A DNA stretch of 42,950 nt from a virus (IMGVR_UViG_2870479586_000005), one strand, 5' to 3'. Counted from the first letter of the stretch, positions 1 to 10,801 are shown. The notes: generated from the letters alone by a model not told the origin. A program made the numbers and translations.

Positions 1-1044
1 TTACTCCAGAGACAGCCGAACCGAAAAACCGTTTTCAGCGAGCGTCAGACTCAGTGTGTTGATAGTCCAGTCCCGGTCCTCCTCGGTCCCGAATCCTTGA
101 GTTGTGACTTTGCATTCTGCTGTCAGCGACACTAAATCGAGCGTCGCTGGCGTCGTGTACGTCATAGAGAACTCTTTTTTAGCTGCACCGCCCTTGAGCC
201 CTGGTGCAGCTTCTTTCGCTGCGTCGAGCGACGGCTCAACTGCCGGCCATTCAATGACAGGATCGCCGCCACTACCTGTCCGCAATTCTTTGATCTGCCC
301 AGTTGCTGTGTCGTGATATTTAATCAGATACGTCGGTTCCGGATTTTCGCCACCGCTACCACTATCGCCACTTTGTCCATTTCTCGAATAGCCCCAGCTG
401 GAGTTATCACGACGAGTTAGCGTGTAGTGCTGGAGCGGAGCACCGCTAACAGATTCGCCCGCGCCGCGCGGCAGGAATATCCAGTACCCGCCCGCGGGTT
501 TACTCACCGCATCGAATCTCGTTGCGAGCCGCGACATCAGGTGCATATCTGACTCGCCGACCTGATCGAGTTGCGTGATAACATTGTCTGCAAACCGCTT
601 TGATACGCGTGGTTTTAGCCCATTATCGCTCGCTATTGTCGCAACGATATCGCTGACAGTGACGTCGCTCCAGGAACGAGTCTTTTTGCTCTGAACTGTC
701 GGAGATCCTTTTGCTGCGTTCATCGGAGCCGCTTTTGCTGTGAAATCAACTACCCGGGGTTCACCGCCACTGCTAGCACCGTCAACGATGTATATCCCTT
801 TATCAATTATCTGATTACCGAAACCGAGCCCAATACTGATTTTTACTCCGCGGGCCGGAATTTTCAGAGTTTCAGAAACTATTGCTACGCGGAGTTCGTC
901 TGTCTGTTTACTGGAGCCGCCGTAATCTGTCAGCGTGATATTGATCAAACCTTTTCTTATTTTATCCGTGATGTTTTTATTATCAGCAGATATATAAAAA
1001 TTAGGTTTCCACGCCTCCACGCCAGTATTTACGTAATCACTCAT
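1..1044 (-). CDS. P2 gpD-like tail protein (late control D / baseplate hub family)
   Basis: 347-aa ORF at the end of a P2-order tail block, directly after gpU- and gpX-like ORFs. Its stop codon is window bases 1-3. Confidence 0.75.
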   Translation of the reverse strand: MSDYVNTGVEAWKPNFYISADNKNITDKIRKGLINITLTDYGGSSKQTDELRVAIVSETLKIPARGVKISIGLGFGNQIIDKGIYIVDGASSGGEPRVVDFTAKAAPMNAAKGSPTVQSKKTRSWSDVTVSDIVATIASDNGLKPRVSKRFADNVITQLDQVGESDMHLMSRLATRFDAVSKPAGGYWIFLPRGAGESVSGAPLQHYTLTRRDNSSWGYSRNGQSGDSGSGGENPEPTYLIKYHDTATGQIKELRTGSGGDPVIEWPAVEPSLDAAKEAAPGLKGGAAKKEFSMTYTTPATLDLVSLTAECKVTTQGFGTEEDRDWTINTLSLTLAENGFSVRLSLE

Positions 1045-1047
1045 TCA

Positions 1048-1272
1048 TCAATCCCATAATTGCGTTTCTTTTTTAACCGGCTCTGGTTCGATATCTGGTA
1101 AAACAATTTTTTCTCCAGCACGAAACACGGCACACATATCCGTTACGCCGTAATTCGAAACCTGATATAAAACAGTCTCTGTCGTTTTTGACGCTCTCCC
1201 GTAGACCGCAAGGCAGATCTGATCGAGACGGTCACCGTCCCGTGTAGTGTATGTAATCATTTGGGGCCCCAT
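1048..1272 (-). CDS. P2 gpX-like tail protein X
   Basis: 74-aa ORF between the gpU-like and gpD-like genes. Size and position match P2 X. Confidence 0.65.
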   Translation of the reverse strand: MGPQMITYTTRDGDRLDQICLAVYGRASKTTETVLYQVSNYGVTDMCAVFRAGEKIVLPDIEPEPVKKETQLWD

Positions 1273-1291
1273 TAATTAAAAGGATTTCATA

Positions 1292-1441
1292 ATGAGAATT
1301 AATTTTAGTAGTCGGAGAGGTATTAGTATTTCGGCGTCAAAAAAAATACCATCAGGTTGTTTTACATTTATGTTCGTAGTTTTTTTATTATTTTTATACT
1401 TGTTAAGTGCTCTGGTAGCGCTTGATTTTGTATTAATCTAG
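1292..1441 (+). CDS. Small hydrophobic ORF (49 aa) on the opposite strand; moron candidate
   Basis: Translated by hand (below the 60-aa track cutoff): MRINFSSRRGISISASKKIPSGCFTFMFVVFLLFLYLLSALVALDFVLI. AAGGA lies 8 nt upstream of the ATG. Basic N-terminus followed by one TM-like helix. Sits in an AT-rich 160-bp gap between the X and U genes. Confidence 0.35.
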   Translation: MRINFSSRRGISISASKKIPSGCFTFMFVVFLLFLYLLSALVALDFVLI

Positions 1442-1861
1442 CGAAGCTCCATAATATTCGAGCGTGAGTGAAAAGTCCTGCGATTTAGGTGTTCCGCCCA
1501 TCAAAAAGCTGTTTTGCGTTTCAGTTAGTTCTCGCAGCACCCAGTACCCTTTCACCTCCCCGGTCCCCAGCACTAGCTGCTGGGGTTCTCCCGTGTTCCC
1601 GAGCGCTCGCAAATCTGTCAACAGGCCGACGCCGCACCCGTCAAGAAATAAAGCGTTTATCTTTCCATCGATAGTAATTGTGGGGTTCGGTCGTCCGGTT
1701 ATCTGCAACGCGTCGTTTTTCCCGAATCGTGTTTGCTGAGCCCAGCGCCAGGCGTCACTACGTTGCAGTTTGTTGTACGCTACTGTTGATATAGCAAAAA
1801 TGAAATCACCCAGGCCGAGCATGATATCCTCAGCACCGTTTATTGCATCACTCATTGTCAC
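1433..1861 (-). CDS. P2 gpU-like tail protein
   Basis: 142-aa ORF immediately downstream of the tape-measure gene, in the P2 T-U-X-D order. Confidence 0.7.
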   Translation of the reverse strand: MTMSDAINGAEDIMLGLGDFIFAISTVAYNKLQRSDAWRWAQQTRFGKNDALQITGRPNPTITIDGKINALFLDGCGVGLLTDLRALGNTGEPQQLVLGTGEVKGYWVLRELTETQNSFLMGGTPKSQDFSLTLEYYGASLD

Positions 1862-3496
1862 CCCGCCGCCGCTGGTTTATCAAACATCGCGCCACGATTG
1901 TACGAACTCGCAGCCTGTCTCAGTCCATCGAGCACCCCCGACGCTGCAGATTGTTGTATTGACTGCGGATCTGTCGCACCGACAATATTGATTTCGATTT
2001 TATTGTTTTGCTCCGGCGCAGGTGTCGAGACTGCCTGCTTCAACGTATCAATATTTAACGTCGACGAATCCAGTGCTGCAGGCGCGGTATTTTTATTTAC
2101 CATCCCGGATAATGGATTAACAAACGCGAGCATTGATTCTGCCTGAGATTTTGCCTGTTCTTGCCGTTCTGGATGCCGCATATTTTCGACAGCCTCTTCG
2201 GCTTTTGCCTTCGCAATATTATCAGCAGTCAATCCAGCGTTCGGTGAATATTTACCTCCCGAATCCATAAACTCTTGATATGCCCGATTATATTCGTCAT
2301 TATAAGTTTTCTGTTCTTCATCTGATTTTTCATCCGGAATAAGCCACTCCAGTTTCTTTACGACAGCCCATATAATCTTCCCGAATTTGACGCAACCTTC
2401 TCCAAAATTGACGATGCCATCCCACATTTTTTTCATATTTTCTGGTTTTACCCACTCAGTAATTGTGCTGACAAAACCACCCTGATTATCCTTAAACCAG
2501 GATGTAAATGTTTCACGTACTGAGTCAAACGTCGGCGCGAGTTCCCCCCGATTTTACCGAGTGTATCTGCAAGTCCCGACGTAATAGAGCCCCACAGATT
2601 TGTCACTGATACATGCGCACGCGCCGCCCCTTCCGCACCCTCTTTTGTTAACAAATTCGACTTTTGCGCGTCAGACATTGTCTGTTCCCAGCTTTTACCC
2701 GTCGCCTTCATATACGTCATGATCTTATTAGCCTCGCCCCCATGAGCTGGTCAGCGAGGCTCGCCGCTTGCTTCTCATCTTTCATTTCAGAGATGCGACG
2801 CATAACCTCATTAAACTGTTTTTCCCGATCCCAGCCAGCCATTCGTTTTTTCGTCAGGCCAATTTGAAATAACATGGGATTCAGGCTTTTTTCGTTTCCG
2901 ATTTCGCCGATTTTATTTGTAAGTTCTTCAGACAAATCCCCGATATTTTCGCCGTTCAGGCCCGCGGCTTTACCAATATTTTCCCACGCAGCGTATTTTT
3001 CGACGCCAACGCCGTAGGACTTCGCCAGACCGAGTTTTTCTGACGTCTCTGCATTCATTGCCAGCGAACCAGCTGCAGCACCGCCAATGAGCCCTGCCGC
3101 GCCAAGTGTCCCCCATTTGATACCCCGCCCCGTAGCCCTCACCGCACCTGCGGCGGCTCGTCCGCCCCATTTTGCAGCTCCTTTTGCGCGACCCGTCCAC
3201 TTCTCCAGCCGCTGTTTTTTAGCAAGTTGAGTATTCAGCGCCTCCTGGTCCTGCGTTGTCGCTTTTATCCGACGGTCCAGCTTTTGATACTGAGCAGATA
3301 AATCAGAAACGTCTTTACCTGCCAGTTTCATTGCTGCGATTTTGTCTTTTAATTTATCCTGACTTTTCGTTAATTTCCCGACAGTAGACGACGTCTGCCG
3401 AATCGCATCATTGAGTTCTGTTGTACCGCGACGAAACGACGGGTCTATTCGCCCACCGAATACAACCTGCGTTTTAAAGTTTTGAGAAATAGCCAT
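1858..3496 (-). pseudogene. Tail tape measure protein; frame interrupted twice at homopolymers
   Basis: Three consecutive ORFs (2717-3496, 2448-2720, 1858-2436) lie in three frames. The protein sequence reads through if one base is added at the C5 run (2737-2741) and one at the C6 run (2544-2549). 1639 nt + 2 = 547 codons. Gly/Ala-rich and coiled-coil content is typical of tape measure proteins. Confidence 0.7.
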
Positions 3497-3886
3497 CGAT
3501 TTTCATGACCTCGTTTACATAGAAATTAAAAACCCGGTACGGCAGGTCCATTTGCGTATCGGGCGGGATGGCAAGTTTTTTCGCAATAAACGGAATCAGA
3601 ATAACTATATCTGATGTCGGTCTTTCGGGGGCTTTACCAGTTCGTTAAACGCGGCCTCCATTTGATCGTAATCGCACGCAGGCAGTGCATATAAATCCTC
3701 ACGCTCCAGATTTGCCAGGCGCGCCAGCATTGTCGCTGTCCGCTCTTCAAGACCACTTTTATCGTTACTGAACATAATGCGGTCGCGTAATTTTGGTTCG
3801 CGAATAGTAATTGTATCGCGGCTCTCACCCTTAATAATAAACGGGCGAGAGAGCGTAATAGTCATACTGTCTAATAATGATTCCAT
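3474..3886 (-). CDS. Putative E+E' -1 frameshift extension of the tail chaperone
   Basis: The -1 frame is open from just upstream of the E stop down to 3474. It encodes a protein-like tail (..DIVILIPFIAKKLAIPPDTQMDLPYRVFNFYVNEVMKIDGYFSKL). The frames overlap across a C5 run (plus-strand G5 at 3627-3631). Confidence 0.4.
3605..3886 (-). CDS. Tail assembly chaperone (P2 gpE-like)
   Basis: 93-aa ORF between the tube and tape-measure genes. Confidence 0.6.
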   Translation of the reverse strand: MESLLDSMTITLSRPFIIKGESRDTITIREPKLRDRIMFSNDKSGLEERTATMLARLANLEREDLYALPACDYDQMEAAFNELVKPPKDRHQI

Positions 3887-3898
3887 TTTATTTGCCTT

Positions 3899-4411
3899 TT
3901 AATATACATGGAGAATACGAGCAACGCCCGCAAGAACGTCAACACCATTAATTACTCGTTTCATTTTTGCAGGATGAATCTCGTAAATAACTTTTCCATT
4001 TTGAACTCGTTTATAATAGCTCGGCGCAATCGTTACTGATTGCCCAACTGCTGATTTTGAATCAGTCCCCTGCGCGTCATCAGTAATCGCCGTAATAAGC
4101 CCCTCATATGTATCAATACGTTCAAAATTGACACCGTAATTGTCAGTATATGCACTTCGAATTTCGAACCTTGTTTTAGCACCTGGTATTAATCCAAAAT
4201 ACCCCATCACACCAGAATCGGAGCCAGAGACTTTAAAACTGGCTGACATTTTCTCCATCCCCCCATCCAGAGTGATAGCTGTATCCATCGCGCCTGTTTT
4301 AAACTCGTCTTCGATTATTTTCATATCGACTGGAGTATATTCAGTACAATTTAAAACCCGTTCGCCCTGCACGAATAGCGCAAACGCGCGGTAAGCGTTG
4401 CTGTCTGACAT
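3899..4411 (-). CDS. Tail tube protein (P2 FII-like)
   Basis: 170-aa ORF directly downstream of the sheath gene. Confidence 0.75.
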   Translation of the reverse strand: MSDSNAYRAFALFVQGERVLNCTEYTPVDMKIIEDEFKTGAMDTAITLDGGMEKMSASFKVSGSDSGVMGYFGLIPGAKTRFEIRSAYTDNYGVNFERIDTYEGLITAITDDAQGTDSKSAVGQSVTIAPSYYKRVQNGKVIYEIHPAKMKRVINGVDVLAGVARILHVY

Positions 4412-4428
4412 ATTTAATCTCCGAATTA

Positions 4429-5930
4429 TCAGGCTGCTTCTTTAAAAAGGGAGGCCAGTGCTTCAACTGTATAGTCATTATTAATGCGGTACATTAACGT
4501 AATTGTTTGTGCCGGAGATTTCGGACCAAAATCAACATTAATATAAAGATTACCCGCAGCCAGGCTTTCTTTTGTATTCAGCTCACTGTCTAACCACGCA
4601 CGCCCTCCGTTAATCGCACCCTGCTCCTCTAATTTGTGCAGATATGCGTTTATCGACTCGACAACGTCTGTTCCGAGGTGCAGGTCTATCGGACGATCAA
4701 TAAAATCGGTCATCATTGCCCGGGCTATAGAATCCTCAATTACGTCAGCTGTTCGACGAACGCTCTCGAAAGACCATTGCGGGCTGAGGCTGCACAAATA
4801 GTTACCCCAGTGTCTGAACCCGTCATAGCGAATAATCGTGCTGACCTGGCTGGCATTCAGCAGGTTCGCTGTGCAGTTTGTCTCACCAATAATAAAATCG
4901 TCGACTTGTTCAAGCCCTGTAACTCCGTAGATATTCTGGTTCGATTTACTCCACCAGAATCCTTTTTCATTATCAATTCGGGCTCGTAAACCAGCAGCGA
5001 TAGCTGAATACGGACGAGATAACCCACTGACATCACTCGTAGAATAAACGCGAGGTCGCAACAACTCAGCGCGTCCGCCGAGTTTTTGCCTGCGATTCAC
5101 AACGTCTGCAGGGGTAGCAGCGCGCGGAGAGTCGATATAACACACTCCCCGGAGTTTATTTGCAACCACTTCAAGCTGAGCCGCTATTTCGTCTCGTGCG
5201 CTGTAATCCGGCGCTATAATAATTCGCGGGGTAACTTCGTTAATTTGCGCTGACGTCAAAAGCGAATTAATTCCGGCGATAACATTTTCGCTCATATCAG
5301 CGTCGTCGCTACTCTCTACAACGCGAACAACAACGATTAATGCATCAGTCTGATTTAAAATATCAGAAATAGCGGGGGGCAGAGTCCCGTATTTCCCGAG
5401 CAGGGCGGCTTTCTTCTGACTACCTGCAATTAATACAGGAGAATTAATCGGGAATGCGTCATCCGTTCCACCTGATAAATTTGTAGGTGGAAGACCAAAT
5501 ACTGTACCGGTTCCGGAATGCTCGCCACCAAAAGTTACATTAATCCACTCTCCGTCTGTTTTCCCCTCTCTATATTCCTGATTCTGATCATACATTTTGC
5601 CGGGGTCATTCCCGGCTCCGTAATCATCGTTAATTTTTTTGTTCCGTCGGGCAGCGTGCTATATCCTGGAGTGCAGGTTGCGCCCTCAACTGTCATATCT
5701 ACAATTTCAACAACCCATTTATTCCCGTCGCTGCCCGGTGATACAGTTGAAAACTCAACGAGATTATCAGCCAGCGATGAGCCCCACGTTAATGATGCTC
5801 TCGTAGCCTCCGCGACGTTCGTCGCAGTACCAACAATCCCAATCACGGAAATATCTACTGTGTTGATCTCTTTTGTGCCGTCGTCGTATTCGAGCGTGCG
5901 AATACCGTGCAAAAAATTAGTTACGCTCAT
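4429..5930 (-). pseudogene. Contractile tail sheath (P2 FI-like); frame interrupted once at a homopolymer
   Basis: The 131-aa ORF (5535-5930) has a sheath-type N-terminus (FLHGIRTLEYDDGTKEINTVDISVIGIVGTA). The 388-aa ORF (4429-5595) is the rest of the protein. Adding one base to the T7 run at 5634-5640 fuses them (..PDGTKKINDDYGAGNDPGKMYDQ..). 1502 nt + 1 = 501 codons. Confidence 0.8.
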
Positions 5931-6316
5931 TTTATTCCTTCTCTATTTTCACCAATTCGCGTCGCTATTGCTTCTTTAAGCTCGGCCAAGTTTTCGATTT
6001 GCGCGTCAGATGCGGTTCCGGCATCTACTGCACACTGAATTGAGAATGCCTCAATTGACAGATCGCCAACAGTCCGTAATGTAGTCTGGAGTTTTTGCGT
6101 CTGCTCTTTTTTTACAAATTTAGAAATGCTCCCATAATCCCCGCTCAGCGCTCTTTCATATAAAACCCTACCGTGTTCCTCGCAATCATTTTTCATTGCG
6201 GTGAATGGAATGTCGTTTCCAATCCCGTCAATATCGCAAATAATATTTATAGATAACCCATGCTCGTCATTAAAAACAGGGTTTGTTATTTTTCTAAATG
6301 AATCAACACTTATCAT
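5927..6316 (-). CDS. Tail fibre assembly chaperone (gpG/Tfa-like)
   Basis: 129-aa ORF immediately after the fibre gene, with start/stop overlap. Confidence 0.6.
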   Translation of the reverse strand: MISVDSFRKITNPVFNDEHGLSINIICDIDGIGNDIPFTAMKNDCEEHGRVLYERALSGDYGSISKFVKKEQTQKLQTTLRTVGDLSIEAFSIQCAVDAGTASDAQIENLAELKEAIATRIGENREGIK

Positions 6317-7500
6317 TACGCAATCCTAATAGCTAAAAAACAGGCAGTCCCAATATCACCGACTCCACCTGGTGAATACGCCATAGCTCGCCATGAGCCA
6401 ACAAGTGGTGTGTCATAAAATGGTTTTGTGGCAATATCCGTGTTATATGAACCGGTATTATTTATACTAGCGTAATATAAATCACCTCCAGCCCATATGG
6501 AGCCCGGGAGTATTTGGGGTGCATGATTAATAGCGACAAGCGCATAAGTATTAACCGCGCCAACAACACCTATTTCCGGTGATGGGTCCGGTGAAAGACT
6601 TATATCTATGTTGCCATTTTCATCCGGCGACTCCCCGTTAATCGTTTTAACCGGTTTAAGATTAGCCTCATTCCAGTATTTATACGTCCGTCCGCCACAC
6701 AGTAATACCAGGCCATCATAGTGAACTCCGCGTAATCTATAAAAAACCTTCTGATTGTTTTCTCCACGGGTCGAAAAATCTAAATAATCGCCCGACACAT
6801 CTGATAAACCAGCAAGTGAAAACAACGTCAAATCAGTGCCCGGTTTGTTTATATTTATTTGTTTTTTAGAGGATAAAACGTCTTCAAAAATCACATCATC
6901 TTTAAAAGTATTTGGATGAGTAAATGCATTACCCTTATCTCTATATGCAACGTCCCCATCTATACCAATATTTTTCCGCGCAGCCTGCTGAGCAGTATCA
7001 CCATTTGCGGAAATTTCAGATAAGTTTTTACTTATCTGCAAATATTTTTTGTCAGCTTCCTCGGGAGTTACGTAGTTGTCATATACTACAACATTAACCG
7101 TAGATGTGCTGGACACCGCGAGGGTGTATTTATACGTGATTGAAATCAGCGCGCCGTTGCTGTCCGTGGGTTTTAAAATATCCGGCGAACGCGCTACAGA
7201 GTACAGTTCACCTTTATCTGTCAGTATTCCCACTTCGCGGATAGTATAGCCGCCGGTTTCCGGTGGTACGTATAGCGTAAAAATAACCTGATTACCGCTA
7301 TTTTCTGACGATTTAATATCACCGCGATACGTCTCGTGAATTAATGCTGTTCGTGCAGGGTCTGGTGTTACATCGTCGTTTCCGTTCGCGTCACCGATAA
7401 CAAATTTGTTCAGCACCACTGGAACGCCTGACGCCAGGGCGGCGGCCTCGAGTTGTGCGCCACGGTCTGTCAGTACTGCGTAAATTTTATTTTCAGCCAT
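6316..7500 (-). CDS. Tail fibre protein (P2 gpH position)
   Basis: 394 aa. The conserved-looking N-terminal third has a tail-collar type pattern. The C-terminal part looks divergent. Confidence 0.7.
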   Translation of the reverse strand: MAENKIYAVLTDRGAQLEAAALASGVPVVLNKFVIGDANGNDDVTPDPARTALIHETYRGDIKSSENSGNQVIFTLYVPPETGGYTIREVGILTDKGELYSVARSPDILKPTDSNGALISITYKYTLAVSSTSTVNVVVYDNYVTPEEADKKYLQISKNLSEISANGDTAQQAARKNIGIDGDVAYRDKGNAFTHPNTFKDDVIFEDVLSSKKQININKPGTDLTLFSLAGLSDVSGDYLDFSTRGENNQKVFYRLRGVHYDGLVLLCGGRTYKYWNEANLKPVKTINGESPDENGNIDISLSPDPSPEIGVVGAVNTYALVAINHAPQILPGSIWAGGDLYYASINNTGSYNTDIATKPFYDTPLVGSWRAMAYSPGGVGDIGTACFLAIRIA

Positions 7501-8119
7501 TTGGCCCTATCTCCACATTTAAACTAACAATTGGTGAGCCCGATATATATAGCCCGCCGTTAATTTTTACACCGCCGTCGCCGTCTGCTGGGACGTTTAC
7601 GCCTATTTTCGCGTAAGGTGTACCGGCTATAAAAAACTCACCATCGACACCCGTTTCGAAATTTATTTCCTTTAATAATGAACGACAATTTTTTGCATCA
7701 AATATTTGCGCTATAAATGTATTCAATAGCTCTAAATCTAACCCTATACTTTTTAGCAGATATATTTTAATTGCGAATGTATACGGGTCGTCCCTGGGCG
7801 TGGCTTCAAACCACTCTCTCATTTTGCTCTCAAATCCCACCGTTAATAATGCTCGTTCGACGGCACCACGCGTGCCGCGATGTTTATTTTGCCAGGCTGC
7901 GGCCTTAATAATTTCGCGTTTTTGCTGCTCGCTCCAGTCGGGGTTCCAGTAGGTGACCGCGTACTCCCACGCCAGCCACGGCAACAGATTTGCAGGGCAC
8001 AAATCGGGATTTTTAATAATTCGAATATCGCCAGGCAGATCGCCGACGTGAGATAAAACAACCTCAAGCGCCCTCTCAGGGGTTATTGCGTTCGGAGGCA
8101 GTACGCTTTGACTTGTCAT
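7493..8119 (-). CDS. P2 gpI-like baseplate/tail protein
   Basis: 208-aa ORF between the baseplate J-like and fibre genes. Confidence 0.7.
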   Translation of the reverse strand: MTSQSVLPPNAITPERALEVVLSHVGDLPGDIRIIKNPDLCPANLLPWLAWEYAVTYWNPDWSEQQKREIIKAAAWQNKHRGTRGAVERALLTVGFESKMREWFEATPRDDPYTFAIKIYLLKSIGLDLELLNTFIAQIFDAKNCRSLLKEINFETGVDGEFFIAGTPYAKIGVNVPADGDGGVKINGGLYISGSPIVSLNVEIGPNG

Positions 8120-8121
8120 GG

Positions 8122-9042
8122 CTACCCCATTTGCACGCTGAGTTTGATTTCTGTGCAGTACGGAGCCTGTCCGACGCCAGCAATCACATCCTCTGTTGGC
8201 GATATCAGAATCACACGCTCCGTTCCGTCACGATGTATCGCGTCGTAAATTCCTGACAGGGCTGCTGTCGCCCCGATTTTATGTTGTGTAGCCACGTATA
8301 TAGCTAAATCGCTTTGAGCACCGTTGAGCAACACGTTCTGATCGGGACCGAGCCCCGCTACGATAACGGCTTCAACCCGGTAATTCAGGTTCGACGCAGG
8401 TTTTACAGTCACGAAATCAGTCAGCGGTCGAGTATCGTCAGGAGACAGGGCCGCATTCACTGTATTCAGTAGTGATTGAGGCGGAGTGCCGTCGCCGGTT
8501 CGCGACAAAACATACATATCGACGTATCCAGGCTGGGTCACCGGCGGGCCGTACGCCTGAGCTGACAGAACGTCGGGATCACTCGACAGCGCGAAATAGT
8601 TATAGGCGTTCGTACTGCCGGCAGTATTCCGCGCGTACCATGATAGCTGTATGCGATGACGATACTCGTCGTCACTCTCGTAAACCGCCTCAGTCGGAGG
8701 AATTGCGTCAGGATTAGCTGGCGTTATCAACAGCCGCAGGCAGTCAAAATTAGCGCCGATCTGGTCGAGGTCACTCCCTTTTGCAAACGCGAGCAATACA
8801 GCGAGCATCCCCTGATTTACCCGAGCTGTAATAATGATTTCTCTGTATGCAACTATTTCCAGCAGTTTAACGGCCGGGTCTGACTCCAGGAGTGCGTTAA
8901 ATTGTGGATATAATATCTGCAATTCTGACAGTAGACTGGATTTAACATCTGAAAATAATGGGGTTTTAACGAATGCTGGCGGCGGCAGCAGACTCATATC
9001 AATAGTTTTCACTATCGAATTCTGAACTGTTGATGTTATCAA
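8122..9042 (-). CDS. Baseplate J-like protein
   Basis: 306-aa ORF in the P2 W-J-I order. Confidence 0.75.
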   Translation of the reverse strand: MITSTVQNSIVKTIDMSLLPPPAFVKTPLFSDVKSSLLSELQILYPQFNALLESDPAVKLLEIVAYREIIITARVNQGMLAVLLAFAKGSDLDQIGANFDCLRLLITPANPDAIPPTEAVYESDDEYRHRIQLSWYARNTAGSTNAYNYFALSSDPDVLSAQAYGPPVTQPGYVDMYVLSRTGDGTPPQSLLNTVNAALSPDDTRPLTDFVTVKPASNLNYRVEAVIVAGLGPDQNVLLNGAQSDLAIYVATQHKIGATAALSGIYDAIHRDGTERVILISPTEDVIAGVGQAPYCTEIKLSVQMG

Positions 9043-9380
9043 AATATCAGTTCCATATTATTAAACTCTAATCGCTGTTGTGTTTCGATATCTGTTGCGA
9101 TAATTAATATTGTTATTTTCCCGATGTCCACTGCTAACACATTTATTCTGTCAATTCTGACGCGTGGTTCCCAGCGTGCTATTGCTCCTGCACTTTCCAT
9201 TATTATTCTCATAGCAAGCGACGGATCAGTGGGATTATCAACGAGGTCAAATAATTTGCTGCCGTATTCCGGCAACATTACACGGGTTCCCAGCGGGGTC
9301 GTTAAAATATCAACGATAGACTGACAAATGTGATCAGTCCCCGATAAAGGCTTACCGGTGTTACGGTCCATTCCAAGCAT
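9039..9380 (-). CDS. Baseplate wedge protein (P2 gpW / T4 gp25-like)
   Basis: The pattern ..LGMDRNTGKPLSGTDHICQSIVDILTTPLGTRVMLPEYGSKL.. resembles gpW/gp25. The preferred start is the ATG at 9380, just after the gpV stop. The track ORF extends to 9428. Confidence 0.75.
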   Translation of the reverse strand: MLGMDRNTGKPLSGTDHICQSIVDILTTPLGTRVMLPEYGSKLFDLVDNPTDPSLAMRIIMESAGAIARWEPRVRIDRINVLAVDIGKITILIIATDIETQQRLEFNNMELIF

Positions 9381-9382
9381 AT

Positions 9383-10284
9383 TTACGCCATTGGTTGGTT
9401 CGGTTGTTGTGTTTCCCCGTTCGGACATATATGAGTGTGTCCGTTGTACGTTGTGCGGACCTCAGTCATTGTGCCTTGTCGGTCCTGCACCTCTTGCCCT
9501 GCTAACACACTACCGCGAGTTGTGATATTACCTGTTCCACCGTTATCTCCAGTGACAGAAATATCGTTACGGAATGTCGCTAATTTATCTACTACTAATG
9601 TCTCGGTAATATGCGTTGGACCAGCTAGTGTTATACCACCCGGAGCCCACGCGCTGATTGTTTGAGCTGTCAGCGATATTCTGTTCGCAGCAGTAACACT
9701 AACAGAACTCGTTGCTATAACGTTCACTAAATCAGCATGTGCGTTAATTGTATCTGTCGCTGTGACATTAATAATATCAGCGTCTGCGTTAATTAATTTC
9801 CCACCATGGATATTAACTACATTTTCGCTATTAATAGTAACATCTGCGCGTCCAAATATTTCTATTTCAGACTCACCGAGTATTTTTACCACGCCGTCCG
9901 GTACGCCCTGCCATGTCAGAGTGTGATTTTTTGTGTTATACGTCATCGTAGCCCCGTCACAGTATGCAGTGACATGATCATGGGGTCATTGCTTGGCGGA
10001 GCTTTGTCGTCAATGTGCAGCCCGAGCATAACTACACCGTTCCGCGTATCCCCACCCTCAGAAACAACAGTAACGGGATCGCCCACTGATGGTGCGCTCC
10101 AGTCGACGCGTTCTGAGGTGGCGTGAGTAAACCACTGCAGCCAGCCTGACTGGTGTTCGCCACCAAATGAGACTCGGCAGCGTGGAGGATTCATTTTAAC
10201 TGCAGCTATCGTGCCGCGTTTAACTGCGTCACGCAGCCTGCGCGCGTTCTCCGCTGCAGCATATTCATCGTCCGATTGGGCCAT
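9383..10284 (-). pseudogene. Baseplate spike/assembly protein V; frame interrupted once at a homopolymer
   Basis: The 118-aa ORF carries the N-terminal OB-type part and the 187-aa ORF carries the beta-helix/spike part. Adding one base to the G4 run at 9982-9985 gives ..PSNDPHDHVTAYCDGATMTYNTKNHTLTW.., which matches my recollection of P2 gpV (..HIRFPDGAVIEYEPETSALTV..). 902 nt + 1 = 301 codons. Confidence 0.7.
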
Positions 10285-10801
10285 AATAGTCGCCCTCATG
10301 TTCTGCGCCGATATCTGGTGCTATTCCGACGTATATATTTTTCAGGGTCCCCTGTGAGGGATAATCGAAAATATCTGGACCAACGCCTACAACCTGCGTG
10401 AACGACACGCACTGAACTGAATGCGAACCGACTGACTGCCCGTTTTTAATCCAGTCGCACGGTTCCGCGTCGCTGAATTTTGCCGGTTTAGTTCCGGGAC
10501 CGAACATTCGCCCATTGATCCAGCTCGTCATATAGAGCGCTGCATTCTGCGATTTCAGTCCGTACTGATCAGCTGCAAATTCACGCAGCAAATACAAATT
10601 ACACGACAGCTCGACTGACTGAATTGAGCCTGGAACCGATTCGTCACTCTGTGACCAGTTGCTGATTTCCAGGAACAGAGCTGGCGTTTCAAATCCAGCC
10701 GGAATTTCCGGATAAATTCCGAATGTTTTGATGAACGGTATTTGTAAAACCGCGCCTTTAACGCGATCAAGATATTCGTCAAATGCATCCAGTCCGCTCA
10801 T
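10265..10801 (-). CDS. Virion protein of unknown function (tail completion / neck position)
   Basis: 178-aa ORF between the head-tail joining genes and the baseplate block. Confidence 0.45.
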   Translation of the reverse strand: MSGLDAFDEYLDRVKGAVLQIPFIKTFGIYPEIPAGFETPALFLEISNWSQSDESVPGSIQSVELSCNLYLLREFAADQYGLKSQNAALYMTSWINGRMFGPGTKPAKFSDAEPCDWIKNGQSVGSHSVQCVSFTQVVGVGPDIFDYPSQGTLKNIYVGIAPDIGAEHEGDYYGPIGR

